IMG/VR virus record: IMGVR_UViG_3300025368_000021
Span: 1 to 26,075 of that record
DNA: 26,075 nucleotides
Strand: one strand, 5' to 3'
DNA from: a virus
Taxonomy: Duplodnaviria; Caudoviricetes
Positions 8,826 through 16,886 of the stretch are shown piece after piece. The notes below the pieces were generated by a model, which made no database searches, was not told the origin of the DNA, and worked only from the letters and a program-made list of their open reading frames with translations. Numbering within the stretch: position 1 is the stretch's first letter; every line of letters begins with the position of its first letter. The translations under genes were made by a program, and so were the position numbers.

Positions 8826-11800
8826 TTATAAAATAGCTCCCGGCTCGTTGATTAGCGTATAGGTCATGTTGGGGCCTAATCGACTATAACGAACTGGGGT
8901 TGTCCCGGATGCACCAGAAGTGTTGCCCACAATGGTGTAATTAGCCGGTGTAGACGAGCCTGCCCAAGAACCATTGACCCAAGTATTGGAAGTGAAGGTT
9001 GGCGATACGACGACTTGACCGGTGTAAGTTGCTCCCACAACGCTGGTAGGCGTTCCGGTGGTTACACTTGAGTAAACAATTTGCGTTGTTGTGGAGCTTA
9101 TAACAGAAGAAGCCGGGAACGTGCCGTTAAAGCCTGTTCCACCCACAATGCCTGAAACAATAAGAGGTGATCCATAACCCAGCATGCTAACGCTTCCGTT
9201 AACTGCAATGGTAACAACAGTCCCGGTAGACGATGCGCTAGTAATGGGGAAAGTTCCATAAACAAGCTCTGCGCCGTTAGAAAAAGTATCGTATTGACGG
9301 CTAGAGGCAACTTCTTGCAATTCAATGTAATTGCCAGTGAATTGAGATGGCCCCGCAAACCCGGCAAAATATCCGTAGGCATCGGCCATGTAAAAGTGAA
9401 GACGATTGGTAACCATTCGGTTGCCGCTCATATTCAATCCGCCGCCATAACCGGATGTACCCAAAACCAATGTAGATTTATCGTTTACAGGCGATTCATA
9501 ATCTGCTGTCGTCGCCGCCATCATGTTGGCTGTAAAATTGTTATTAACTAAGTCGGGCTTGGCCCCGTAATAATACAAGCCACGGGCTGTGGAATTTTGA
9601 TAAACATTTATTTTTGGATTCCACACGGTGGCAGACTTTGCATGAGTCCACATCATGTTTTGGTAAATATTATTATTTTTAGGATCGCCAAACTTCATAG
9701 TTAAGCCATCGGCAAAATTTTCGTAATCATCCAATCCGCCTGTGGCGCTAGGGGCTTGATTACCAACGCGAGAATACGTTCCTTCCATCCAGTTAGAATA
9801 AATATTTGCAGCGCCCGTTGAAAGGTTTGGCGCACCCACAAAGCATGACTGTGGGTGGACTCCGGTAAAGTAAATGTTGTTATTGTAGATTTGCTGGCCA
9901 CCCGGGACTCCATTGGCGGCAACAGTTTCTACGCTAATGGAGGTTGAGTTGGTTGCCCAGCCGTCAACCCAAATTTCATTTTCATAAGTATTGATGGATG
10001 GTCCAATGCATATATGCCGTGCAGACATAAATTTATTGTTTCTAATCGTATACAAAACGTCAGCATAGCCAGTCACATAGCAGCCAACGGTTCTGTTTTG
10101 GACAATCCATCCATAATCTTCAAAACTGCAATTTTCAACCAAACTTGTGTTGGTTATTGAACATTGTGATATACCCAGCGCGCCGCACGAATAGTTGTTG
10201 TATTTAAAGTAAAGGCCGCGCAAATAAAGCGTCGTTGTGCCTAATTGATAAAGTCTTAATGGGCAAGCGGAAATTCCATACAGGCCTTGAACCATATTGG
10301 TCGTTCTGCCTGCTCCGTTTTGAATTCTTCCATTAATAATTTCAATGGTGCCTGCTGGGGAATAGGAATTGGCATACCCTATTCCACAAGAGTCAATTGA
10401 GTTAGGGGTAGCTGGCTGAACATTAGAAGTGCCGTAGGTCAGCGTATACCCATTAAGATCAATAAGAATATTAGAAGTGCCCGGCCGTACTGATATACAC
10501 ACCGCAGGGCAAGAAAGATCCCCTTGCAAGACGTAGTGGCAATTTGAAAGCAAGCAGGTAAATGGGGTAGTCCCCCCGGGTATATTGACAACGGTTACAT
10601 AGCTCGTAAGAGGCGTTACGGTTTGCTGCCCTGCAGTAATGGTATTGGGCGCAGTGGGGTACTGGATGGTAAATCCAGAAGGAGCTGTCGTAAGCCAACT
10701 AGGAATAGATACAGTTCCAACCGGGGTATTGGCAAAAATAGCGTCCCTTAAGGCCGTGCCAGATAGCGCGGTATATTCGCCAGTGCCAACGCCTGCTGTG
10801 AGAACTCCAATAACAAACTCAGTTGTAATGGTATTTGACGCAGAGTCAGTTACCTGAACATAAATAATATCCGCTTCGGTAATTTCAGGCGTTCCAGAAA
10901 CCACGCCCGTAGCCGAATCAATTGTCCAAACATTTTGTTTAGATCCAACATATCCGGGTGAAGAAGTGGTCGTTGCCTGAGGTGCTTTATAAAAGGAATA
11001 AGCATAGGGGGCGGTTCCCCCTTGAACCAATATTGGAGCGCTAAACGCTGTGCCAACATTGGGGTTATTGCCATTGGTGTCCGTTAAGCAATAGCACTGA
11101 ATAATAGTTACATAGGCATTGGTATAGGTTGGCGTCCCGGTGGGGGCAGTAGGTAACGTGTATTGCACCGTGGTTGAAGTGCCGCCGGTAACAATATAAG
11201 TCCCGTTATACCCAGTTGCTCCATCGACTCCTTGAACAGTAACCGTCATCCCAGCAATGGGAGTAAGAGAGCCAGAGTTAGGAGTGCTAAAAACAATAGT
11301 TGCCGTGCTTCCAGAATAGCTAGCAGAAGTTATTTTGGGAGAAACGGCAGAAACTAAGTCGTAAGTTTGCTGGAATATTAAATCGCCTGTAGAAACAGGA
11401 TTATTAATGGCAAAGTTTATTGGGGAAGACGTTCCTCCGCCCGGAGCCGGATTAAATACTGTAACCGCAGCAGATCCAGCGCTAATTAAATCTGCCGCAG
11501 GAATGACTGCCGTTAGAGTTGCTGAATCAACATAAGTTGTTGGGAAAGCAACAGATCCGTTCCAAAGAATAATGGAATTATCTAAAAAGTTACTTCCGCC
11601 AACCGTTAATGGGGTATCGGGTGATCCAGAAAAAGCATTGGCAGGACTTAATGAGCTTAAAGTAGGGACTGGGTTATCGGCCGTGCTTATAGTAAAAGGC
11701 AAAGCATTGGACGTTCCGCCTCCGGGTGCTGGACTAGCTACCGTTACTAACGCAGTTCCAGTGCTTGTTAAATAATTTGAAGGAATATTGGCAGATAAAG

Positions 11801-12815
11801 CTATTGAACTTACATAGGTAGTAGATAAAGGTATTCCGTTCCAATTAGCTACTGACGAAGGAATAAAATTAGATCCAACAATGCTAAGGCTAAAAGCACC
11901 GCTATTTTGCAAAGCCCCACTAGGAATTAAAGTCGATAGAGAAGGAAGTGGATTAGGCGGAGTTGGAACAGGGACAAAGCCAGCCTCTGTAACAAAGAAA
12001 GCTGCGCCATTTTCCGTGACAAAGTAAGTGATCCCATCTTCTTCAACAAAGTAAGCACCAAAAGTATTTTGGATATAATCCTGCGTGAGCGGGATCTGCT
12101 GGTAGTTATACGGCAGGCCAATTGACGCAGTAACAAATTTAGTTGAATCGGTCAGCAAGCTGGCTGCAGGGATTCGGCTGACAACCTGATAGGTAAATGC
12201 CGTAGCTGAAATCACAACGACGCTGTAAAAACCTGTTGCTAACGGGTTTAATAAACCTTCAACCGATATTTGAGATCCGGTAATGAGGTTATGCGGTGAC
12301 AAGCAGGTCACAGTAATAAAAGTTGTACCATCAGAATTAATGGCCAATACCGGAACCGGGACATCGTAATGCACCGTGCCAATCAGCGGCATAATGGCTG
12401 ACTGCGTTAGGCCATTCCCGCTAGGAGTGCCGATAGGCTGGGTCGTAATATTTTGCAGATCCTGCGTCACCAAGGCCGCCTGAGACGGGATAGGAATGCC
12501 GGTCGTAGGGTCGGTAACTACAGGGAAGTTGGCCGTCAAATCGTCTACAGAGGCCGTCACAAAGTCTTGTGTACGGGCGTTGATGATTGGCGTAGGGTCT
12601 GCCGGTACAACAATCGCACGAAGCTGTTCTTGCGGTTTGTCGTAGCAAGTCTTGCAGACCAAAATACGCAAATTCTGCAAGGACGCGCCGCGCCAATCAA
12701 ATTGCCAGCGAAGGTCTACCCAGTTATAGCGAAATCCACAACGATCACATATGGCATGCGCCTGCGGGTTGGAAGAACTGGTTCTTGCTCGACCTGATTT
12801 GGACGCATAGCCCAT
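8826..12815 (-). CDS. 1329-aa multidomain virion protein: Zn-ribbon-like N-terminus, FCCH-like domains, two IPT/TIG domains, putative Ig domain, right-handed beta-helix
   Basis: CDRC...CKTC; two NPxPxLSxLxP...PAPGGGTS repeats; GGTAPYAYSF...IDSATGVVSGTP...VQVTDS; Asn-ladder repeats (VENCSF, IRNNKF, IYNNNI, IYSNWM, IYQNMM). Confidence 0.8.
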   Translation of the reverse strand: MGYASKSGRARTSSSNPQAHAICDRCGFRYNWVDLRWQFDWRGASLQNLRILVCKTCYDKPQEQLRAIVVPADPTPIINARTQDFVTASVDDLTANFPVVTDPTTGIPIPSQAALVTQDLQNITTQPIGTPSGNGLTQSAIMPLIGTVHYDVPVPVLAINSDGTTFITVTCLSPHNLITGSQISVEGLLNPLATGFYSVVVISATAFTYQVVSRIPAASLLTDSTKFVTASIGLPYNYQQIPLTQDYIQNTFGAYFVEEDGITYFVTENGAAFFVTEAGFVPVPTPPNPLPSLSTLIPSGALQNSGAFSLSIVGSNFIPSSVANWNGIPLSTTYVSSIALSANIPSNYLTSTGTALVTVASPAPGGGTSNALPFTISTADNPVPTLSSLSPANAFSGSPDTPLTVGGSNFLDNSIILWNGSVAFPTTYVDSATLTAVIPAADLISAGSAAVTVFNPAPGGGTSSPINFAINNPVSTGDLIFQQTYDLVSAVSPKITSASYSGSTATIVFSTPNSGSLTPIAGMTVTVQGVDGATGYNGTYIVTGGTSTTVQYTLPTAPTGTPTYTNAYVTIIQCYCLTDTNGNNPNVGTAFSAPILVQGGTAPYAYSFYKAPQATTTSSPGYVGSKQNVWTIDSATGVVSGTPEITEADIIYVQVTDSASNTITTEFVIGVLTAGVGTGEYTALSGTALRDAIFANTPVGTVSIPSWLTTAPSGFTIQYPTAPNTITAGQQTVTPLTSYVTVVNIPGGTTPFTCLLSNCHYVLQGDLSCPAVCISVRPGTSNILIDLNGYTLTYGTSNVQPATPNSIDSCGIGYANSYSPAGTIEIINGRIQNGAGRTTNMVQGLYGISACPLRLYQLGTTTLYLRGLYFKYNNYSCGALGISQCSITNTSLVENCSFEDYGWIVQNRTVGCYVTGYADVLYTIRNNKFMSARHICIGPSINTYENEIWVDGWATNSTSISVETVAANGVPGGQQIYNNNIYFTGVHPQSCFVGAPNLSTGAANIYSNWMEGTYSRVGNQAPSATGGLDDYENFADGLTMKFGDPKNNNIYQNMMWTHAKSATVWNPKINVYQNSTARGLYYYGAKPDLVNNNFTANMMAATTADYESPVNDKSTLVLGTSGYGGGLNMSGNRMVTNRLHFYMADAYGYFAGFAGPSQFTGNYIELQEVASSRQYDTFSNGAELVYGTFPITSASSTGTVVTIAVNGSVSMLGYGSPLIVSGIVGGTGFNGTFPASSVISSTTTQIVYSSVTTGTPTSVVGATYTGQVVVSPTFTSNTWVNGSWAGSSTPANYTIVGNTSGASGTTPVRYSRLGPNMTYTLINEPGAIL

Positions 12816-12818
12816 AGC

Positions 12819-13508
12819 TTAAGGCCTAAAATAAGCGGCTACCATAGGCGATATGTACTGCTGCGCGGTTTCAATATTTTGCGCCGCCGCAATATCGTAG
12901 GACTCATCGGCCATAGGTTTTAAAATAGCGACCTTATCGGGTGCCCATATCATGGCAAGGCGATACGCCATGCCGTAAGCAAAAGCCTCCAAAAAGTAAT
13001 ACGGAATTTCAACTTGCTGACCGCTGGTGAAATTTGAGTCTTGGATCTGCCGAACCCGGTAATAATCAAACGCGCTTTGGCTGCCGTCTGGAACGGGCCA
13101 CAAAGTAACGGTTGGGGAAATAAGGCGATCAAACCAATAGGTAGTTGGGAAGCCTTGCTGCTGCGGGTTAGGGTAAGACGCATATTCAGTGCGACTAATT
13201 GGCAGAATTAGTCGATTAATAGCTGCGCCGCTGCTGTTTTGGACAACGTAGGCATCTAGCATGACAATCGTGTTAGAAGGAACGGAATAAGTCGATACCC
13301 CCTGAATCAAAGGTATCGACTGTAAGTCCACGGTCCAAAGGTTAACGCCCTGAGAACTCCACCGGCCTAACATCATATTAGCCGCCATGCGAGCCGATTC
13401 CATATGCTCCTGCAGCAAGGCCGTGTTTCGGACCCCGCACAGGTTATAGGCATATAGAGTCAACTCGCCTAGCGACGGGTTGTATGCATAGGTTTGTGAA
13501 GTGCTAAT
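12819..13508 (-). CDS. Head-tail adaptor-like protein (paralogue 1); probable ATT start at 13508 giving 229 aa (track start TTG 13463)
   Basis: WSSQGVNLWTV...ISRTEYASYPN...GFPTTYWFDR...LWPVPD...PYYFLEAFAYGMAYRLA adaptor pattern; TAAGGAG lies 7 nt before an in-frame ATT. Confidence 0.7.
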   Translation of the reverse strand: MSTSQTYAYNPSLGELTLYAYNLCGVRNTALLQEHMESARMAANMMLGRWSSQGVNLWTVDLQSIPLIQGVSTYSVPSNTIVMLDAYVVQNSSGAAINRLILPISRTEYASYPNPQQQGFPTTYWFDRLISPTVTLWPVPDGSQSAFDYYRVRQIQDSNFTSGQQVEIPYYFLEAFAYGMAYRLAMIWAPDKVAILKPMADESYDIAAAQNIETAQQYISPMVAAYFRP

Positions 13509-13519
13509 GGCACAACTCC

Positions 13520-13774
13520 TTAGTTAGAAGGCGTCGCCGAAGCGTCAGCAGGGGCTGGGGCGTCTGCCGAAGCCGAAGCGTCAGCAGGGGCTGGGGCATC
13601 TGCCGAAGCCGAAGCGTCGGTAGGAGCTGGTGCCTGCTGAACAGGGAAAGCCGCCGCGAGCTTGTTAAACACGCTAACAGCCTGAACCACGAACCCCCAG
13701 TTGGTGCGATCCGCAGCCAGCAGGGAATCCAATACAGCCTGAGCTTCCTGAACAGATAAATCAATCGTTGCCAT
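13520..13774 (-). CDS. Small helical protein with Ala/Pro/Asp repeat tail, 84 aa (possible fibre assembly accessory)
   Basis: GAGGA SD; amphipathic N-terminal helices; follows a fibre module. Confidence 0.7.
   Translation of the reverse strand: MATIDLSVQEAQAVLDSLLAADRTNWGFVVQAVSVFNKLAAAFPVQQAPAPTDASASADAPAPADASASADAPAPADASATPSN
13536..13633. repeat. 36-bp tandem repeat, about 2.7 copies (APAP[AT]DASASAD)
   Basis: Units start at 13536, 13572 and 13608; the first two differ at one base. Confidence 0.95.
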
Positions 13775-13786
13775 GATAAAAATCCT

Positions 13787-14260
13787 CTAATTAGTAGTGG
13801 TTGAATTTAATGCGGTAATGTCTGCCTGAACTGCGGTAACCATAGCAGGCAAGCTTGTTAGCGTTGAATTTACCTCATTTAATGCCGTTTGAAGCGCCGT
13901 TATTTTACTGCTTAAACTTGACAAAGATGTGCCGATTTTTTGCACATTTAAGATTTGCCCGGGCTGTACGCAAGTAAAACTATGTGGATCATCCGGTAAA
14001 AAATTCAATATATCGCCAGCATTGGCCGTAGTGTTCCCTTCATTCTGAGTTGTTACGGTGAATTGACCCGACAAAACCACCGTAAAATGAATATTATCGT
14101 CCGTGTGATCGTGAGTTGGTAACACGATGCCTGCCTGCTGGAACGTATACAAAATTCCTACAGTGAGAGGCATGGCGTTTAACACGGACGGGTCATTAGG
14201 CAAAGCCGCCATTGCGTCAGGACTTAACCGAAACAAACTAGGATCAACAAACTGGGTCAT
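13787..14260 (-). CDS. Cupin-domain protein with C-terminal coiled coil, 157 aa
   Basis: LPTHDH...HFTVVLSG and AGDILNF...PHSF cupin motifs; heptads ITALQTALNEVNSTL; ATGA overlap with the upstream gene. Confidence 0.8.
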   Translation of the reverse strand: MTQFVDPSLFRLSPDAMAALPNDPSVLNAMPLTVGILYTFQQAGIVLPTHDHTDDNIHFTVVLSGQFTVTTQNEGNTTANAGDILNFLPDDPHSFTCVQPGQILNVQKIGTSLSSLSSKITALQTALNEVNSTLTSLPAMVTAVQADITALNSTTTN

Positions 14261-15090
14261 GGGAATCCCGCTCCTAAAATTGATGTGCCGCCCGATGGTA
14301 GGTTACTGATCGTTATTGTGGGGCTGAATGTACCGCCACCTAGCGAAAATCCCGGATCAGCCGGGAAGCCCGTAAATTTTCCGGTGGACGTATTAAAAGT
14401 TACTGTGGCCGTGGGGCTGTAAGTTCCACCCGTAATGGCATTTCCAAACCACGGATAACCGCCAGATCCGTTTGGAACCGTGACAGGATTTAATGGATTA
14501 ATTCGATTAACTGTTCCGGTAAAAGTTCCCCCGCTAATGACGTCGTAAGGGAACGGTATATTTGCGGTAGCTCCGCTAGTATTACTAGCCGTAATATATA
14601 CAGAGGTTGCTTTTAAATTAACAGTACCTGAAAAAGTCCCGCCGGAAATAGTTCCACCTTTTTGCCCATTATCAACAGACGTACTATTGCCTAAAAAGTT
14701 AACGGTTCCCGTAAATGTTGCGCCCGTTGCTAATTGCAACCCAGCTCCTAATGTAATGGTTCCACCATAAGTTCCAGCAGAAATCACCACATTGCAGCCG
14801 GTTCCATTGGGGCCGCCCGATTGTAGAGCGAGAATAGCCCCGCTATACGTTCCTGTTGGCCCTGATGTTAAATTAATAGTCTGTCCGTAAGTAGATGATC
14901 CATCGCCTTGGGAAACCAAATAAACGGTATCGCTGGCTGCATTAGGTAATCGTCCTAACGGTGTTCCGGGTGTAATATTGGCAGATCCACAACAGCAGTT
15001 ATAACTACCAACTGATGAATACCAATTTCCTACGGTATTCCACGCTCCCGTATTAGTGCTTACTCCGTCTCCAAAATATACGTTTGCCAT
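14257..15090 (-). CDS. Gly/Thr-rich beta-solenoid protein, 277 aa; putative fibre-tip adhesin
   Basis: Start revised to ATG 15090 (MANVYFG), with GGAG SD and 2 nt after the upstream stop; six [IL]xGGT[FY]x[GP]T-like repeats; WNTVGNW...LP...DTV N-cap. Confidence 0.65.
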   Translation of the reverse strand: MANVYFGDGVSTNTGAWNTVGNWYSSVGSYNCCCGSANITPGTPLGRLPNAASDTVYLVSQGDGSSTYGQTINLTSGPTGTYSGAILALQSGGPNGTGCNVVISAGTYGGTITLGAGLQLATGATFTGTVNFLGNSTSVDNGQKGGTISGGTFSGTVNLKATSVYITASNTSGATANIPFPYDVISGGTFTGTVNRINPLNPVTVPNGSGGYPWFGNAITGGTYSPTATVTFNTSTGKFTGFPADPGFSLGGGTFSPTITISNLPSGGTSILGAGFP

Positions 15091-15092
15091 TG

Positions 15093-16646
15093 TTAGTAAG
15101 CTCCGATGAACTGAACCATCTGCCACTGACTGCGAAGCGCCGAATACTGCACGATAACGTGATACTCCTTGCCAGAAGTCATGGTATATGGCCAGCTAAT
15201 AACGGTTTCTAATGAAGGCAGTTGATAGGCGCTCATGGTCAACGTGTACGAACCACCGGAGCTTAGGATTTTAAAATAAACCGTGTCATTATCGCCTGTG
15301 TCTGATGGAGCGTTAATGGTCAAGTTGCCCGTGGCCGTAATCGCATAACGAGTAATGGCTTTGGTTACTGTTGGGGTGATCGTAGATGAATACGATAGCG
15401 TGCTGTACGCATTGCCACCGGACGGTACGTTATTGGTATTGACTACTGTAGTGACATTAGACCCTGCCGAAGGCGTGGTGACATCACCCGATAGAGGGCC
15501 GGAAATTCCGCCTGAAGCCGCCGCCCAAGTGGTAACACCCGATCCATTGGTTTGCAGAAAATAGCCGGATGTGCCGCCAGTCGTTGGTAATGTAAGTGAC
15601 CACGTTCCGGCTGCTGCGGCTGATTGAACCGTAACCGTACCGCTACCGCTACCGGGCAGTAAAAGCGAAGTGAATGACCCTGCTCCTGCCGTAATGCTCT
15701 GGCCGGTAGCCACCATTCCGGCGGTTCCCCAACTGACATTAGCCGGAACAAAACCATAGCCGCCCCACTGAGCGCCAGCCGTACTATTGCCCCAGCTATA
15801 AAAATAACCTGCCGCACCCGGTGTTCCAATGGCTAACGTGGTTCCGGCATTATTGGTAATCGTGACATTGCCGGTTGAGTCGTTGTCTACAATATAGGCC
15901 GTGCCAATCGGGATAGTTGTTTCATCAGGCAATTTGATGGTTTGCGTCGTCGTTCCGCTGATGTGCTGATAAAACGTCGAAGCCACGGTTAACGTGGTAG
16001 TTCCTGCCGCCGCAGTGATTTCCGTCAATGCGGGATAGCTGTTGTTCCAAGTCACATTGGCGTTGGTATCTCGCAAAACCACACTAGATGCGCCTGAGCT
16101 AGCTGTAACGCCCGTGCCGCCGTTAGAGACGGCCAGAGTACCCGTCACCCCTGTGGTGAGTGGCAGACCCGTAGCGTTGGTTAATGTGACCGATGTAGGT
16201 GTCCCCAAAACTGGCGTTACTAATGTTGGGCTAGTAGATAAAACATTGCTACCTGATCCAGTGCTAGTAGTGACCCCCGTGCCACCGTTAGTAACAGCTA
16301 GAGTACCTGTCACGCCTGTAGTGAGTGGTAGACCCGTCGCGTTAGTCAAAACCAGTGCGGTTGGGGTTCCTAGTGCGGGAGTAACTAATGTAGGTGACGT
16401 AGCCTGAACAACCGATCCCGTTCCGGTAGTGGCCAAATTTCCTAACGTGCCAGCGTTATCATAAAGAATATAGCCGGAAGTTCCTCCAGAAACGGTGGTG
16501 GTTCCTACCGTTATAGAAGAAGAGGCCAATGCATTGATATTGGCAACCGTTAAACTGTAGTTGGATCCGCCGCGAGCAATAGGAAGTAAATCAGTCGATT
16601 GAGCCGGTGCGCCTGCTGGCAGATTGGAAATGGTTGAATCGGCCAT
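15093..16646 (-). CDS. Tail fibre protein, 517 aa
   Basis: ISNLPA...TDLLPIAR anchor; TSPTLVTPxLGTP and TLAVxNGGTG repeats; LPTTGGTSGYFLQTNGSGVTTW motif. Confidence 0.85.
   Translation of the reverse strand: MADSTISNLPAGAPAQSTDLLPIARGGSNYSLTVANINALASSSITVGTTTVSGGTSGYILYDNAGTLGNLATTGTGSVVQATSPTLVTPALGTPTALVLTNATGLPLTTGVTGTLAVTNGGTGVTTSTGSGSNVLSTSPTLVTPVLGTPTSVTLTNATGLPLTTGVTGTLAVSNGGTGVTASSGASSVVLRDTNANVTWNNSYPALTEITAAAGTTTLTVASTFYQHISGTTTQTIKLPDETTIPIGTAYIVDNDSTGNVTITNNAGTTLAIGTPGAAGYFYSWGNSTAGAQWGGYGFVPANVSWGTAGMVATGQSITAGAGSFTSLLLPGSGSGTVTVQSAAAAGTWSLTLPTTGGTSGYFLQTNGSGVTTWAAASGGISGPLSGDVTTPSAGSNVTTVVNTNNVPSGGNAYSTLSYSSTITPTVTKAITRYAITATGNLTINAPSDTGDNDTVYFKILSSGGSYTLTMSAYQLPSLETVISWPYTMTSGKEYHVIVQYSALRSQWQMVQFIGAY
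16071..16400. repeat. Degenerate 165-bp (55-aa) tandem duplication in the fibre shaft
   Basis: TSPTLVTP starts at 16400 and 16235; LTNATGLPLTTGVTGTLAV is identical in both copies while synonymous sites differ. Confidence 0.9.
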
Positions 16647-16649
16647 GAA

Positions 16650-16886
16650 CTAGGCTCCAATAATAATTTTTCCGCCGTTCTCAAGCAATAAATAGCCAGC
16701 ACCGGCTTGCAATAACAAATAAGACAGCACAGGGATAACGGAGCTATAAGTTGCTACAACGCCTGCTCCGCCAACGCCCTGTCCAGCACCGCCGCTAGAA
16801 GAGGTATAAGCCACCACACGAACGGCCGTTGAAGGACTCGTGTTTGCAAAGTTGGCTACGCCAGATCCACCGACAGACTGTGCCAT
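16650..16886 (-). CDS. Small virion protein, 78 aa, with C-terminal YLLLQAG/YLLLENG repeat
   Basis: TAATG coupling at 16886; directly upstream of the fibre gene. Confidence 0.75.
   Translation of the reverse strand: MAQSVGGSGVANFANTSPSTAVRVVAYTSSSGGAGQGVGGAGVVATYSSVIPVLSYLLLQAGAGYLLLENGGKIIIGA

Noticed and set aside
13469-13513. Short out-of-frame ORF GTG CCA TTA...CGC TAG overlapping the adaptor start, as a regulatory uORF or frameshift entry
   Set aside because: The GTG is only 2 nt from the AGGAG, too close for efficient initiation, and no slippery sequence is evident; the ATT start is the simpler explanation.
13536-13633. 36-bp repeat as a possible mini-CRISPR array
   Set aside because: Units are head-to-tail with no spacers and lie in frame within a CDS; no cas genes are present.
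13504-13764. Alternative-frame 86-aa ORF with LLTLRLRQ repeats
   Set aside because: It is an out-of-frame reading of the 36-bp repeat; the 13520..13774 frame has the SD and proper gene spacing.
15091-15126. Track start of the 289-aa ORF at 15126
   Set aside because: It overlaps the upstream fibre gene; ATG 15090 has an SD and follows the stop directly.
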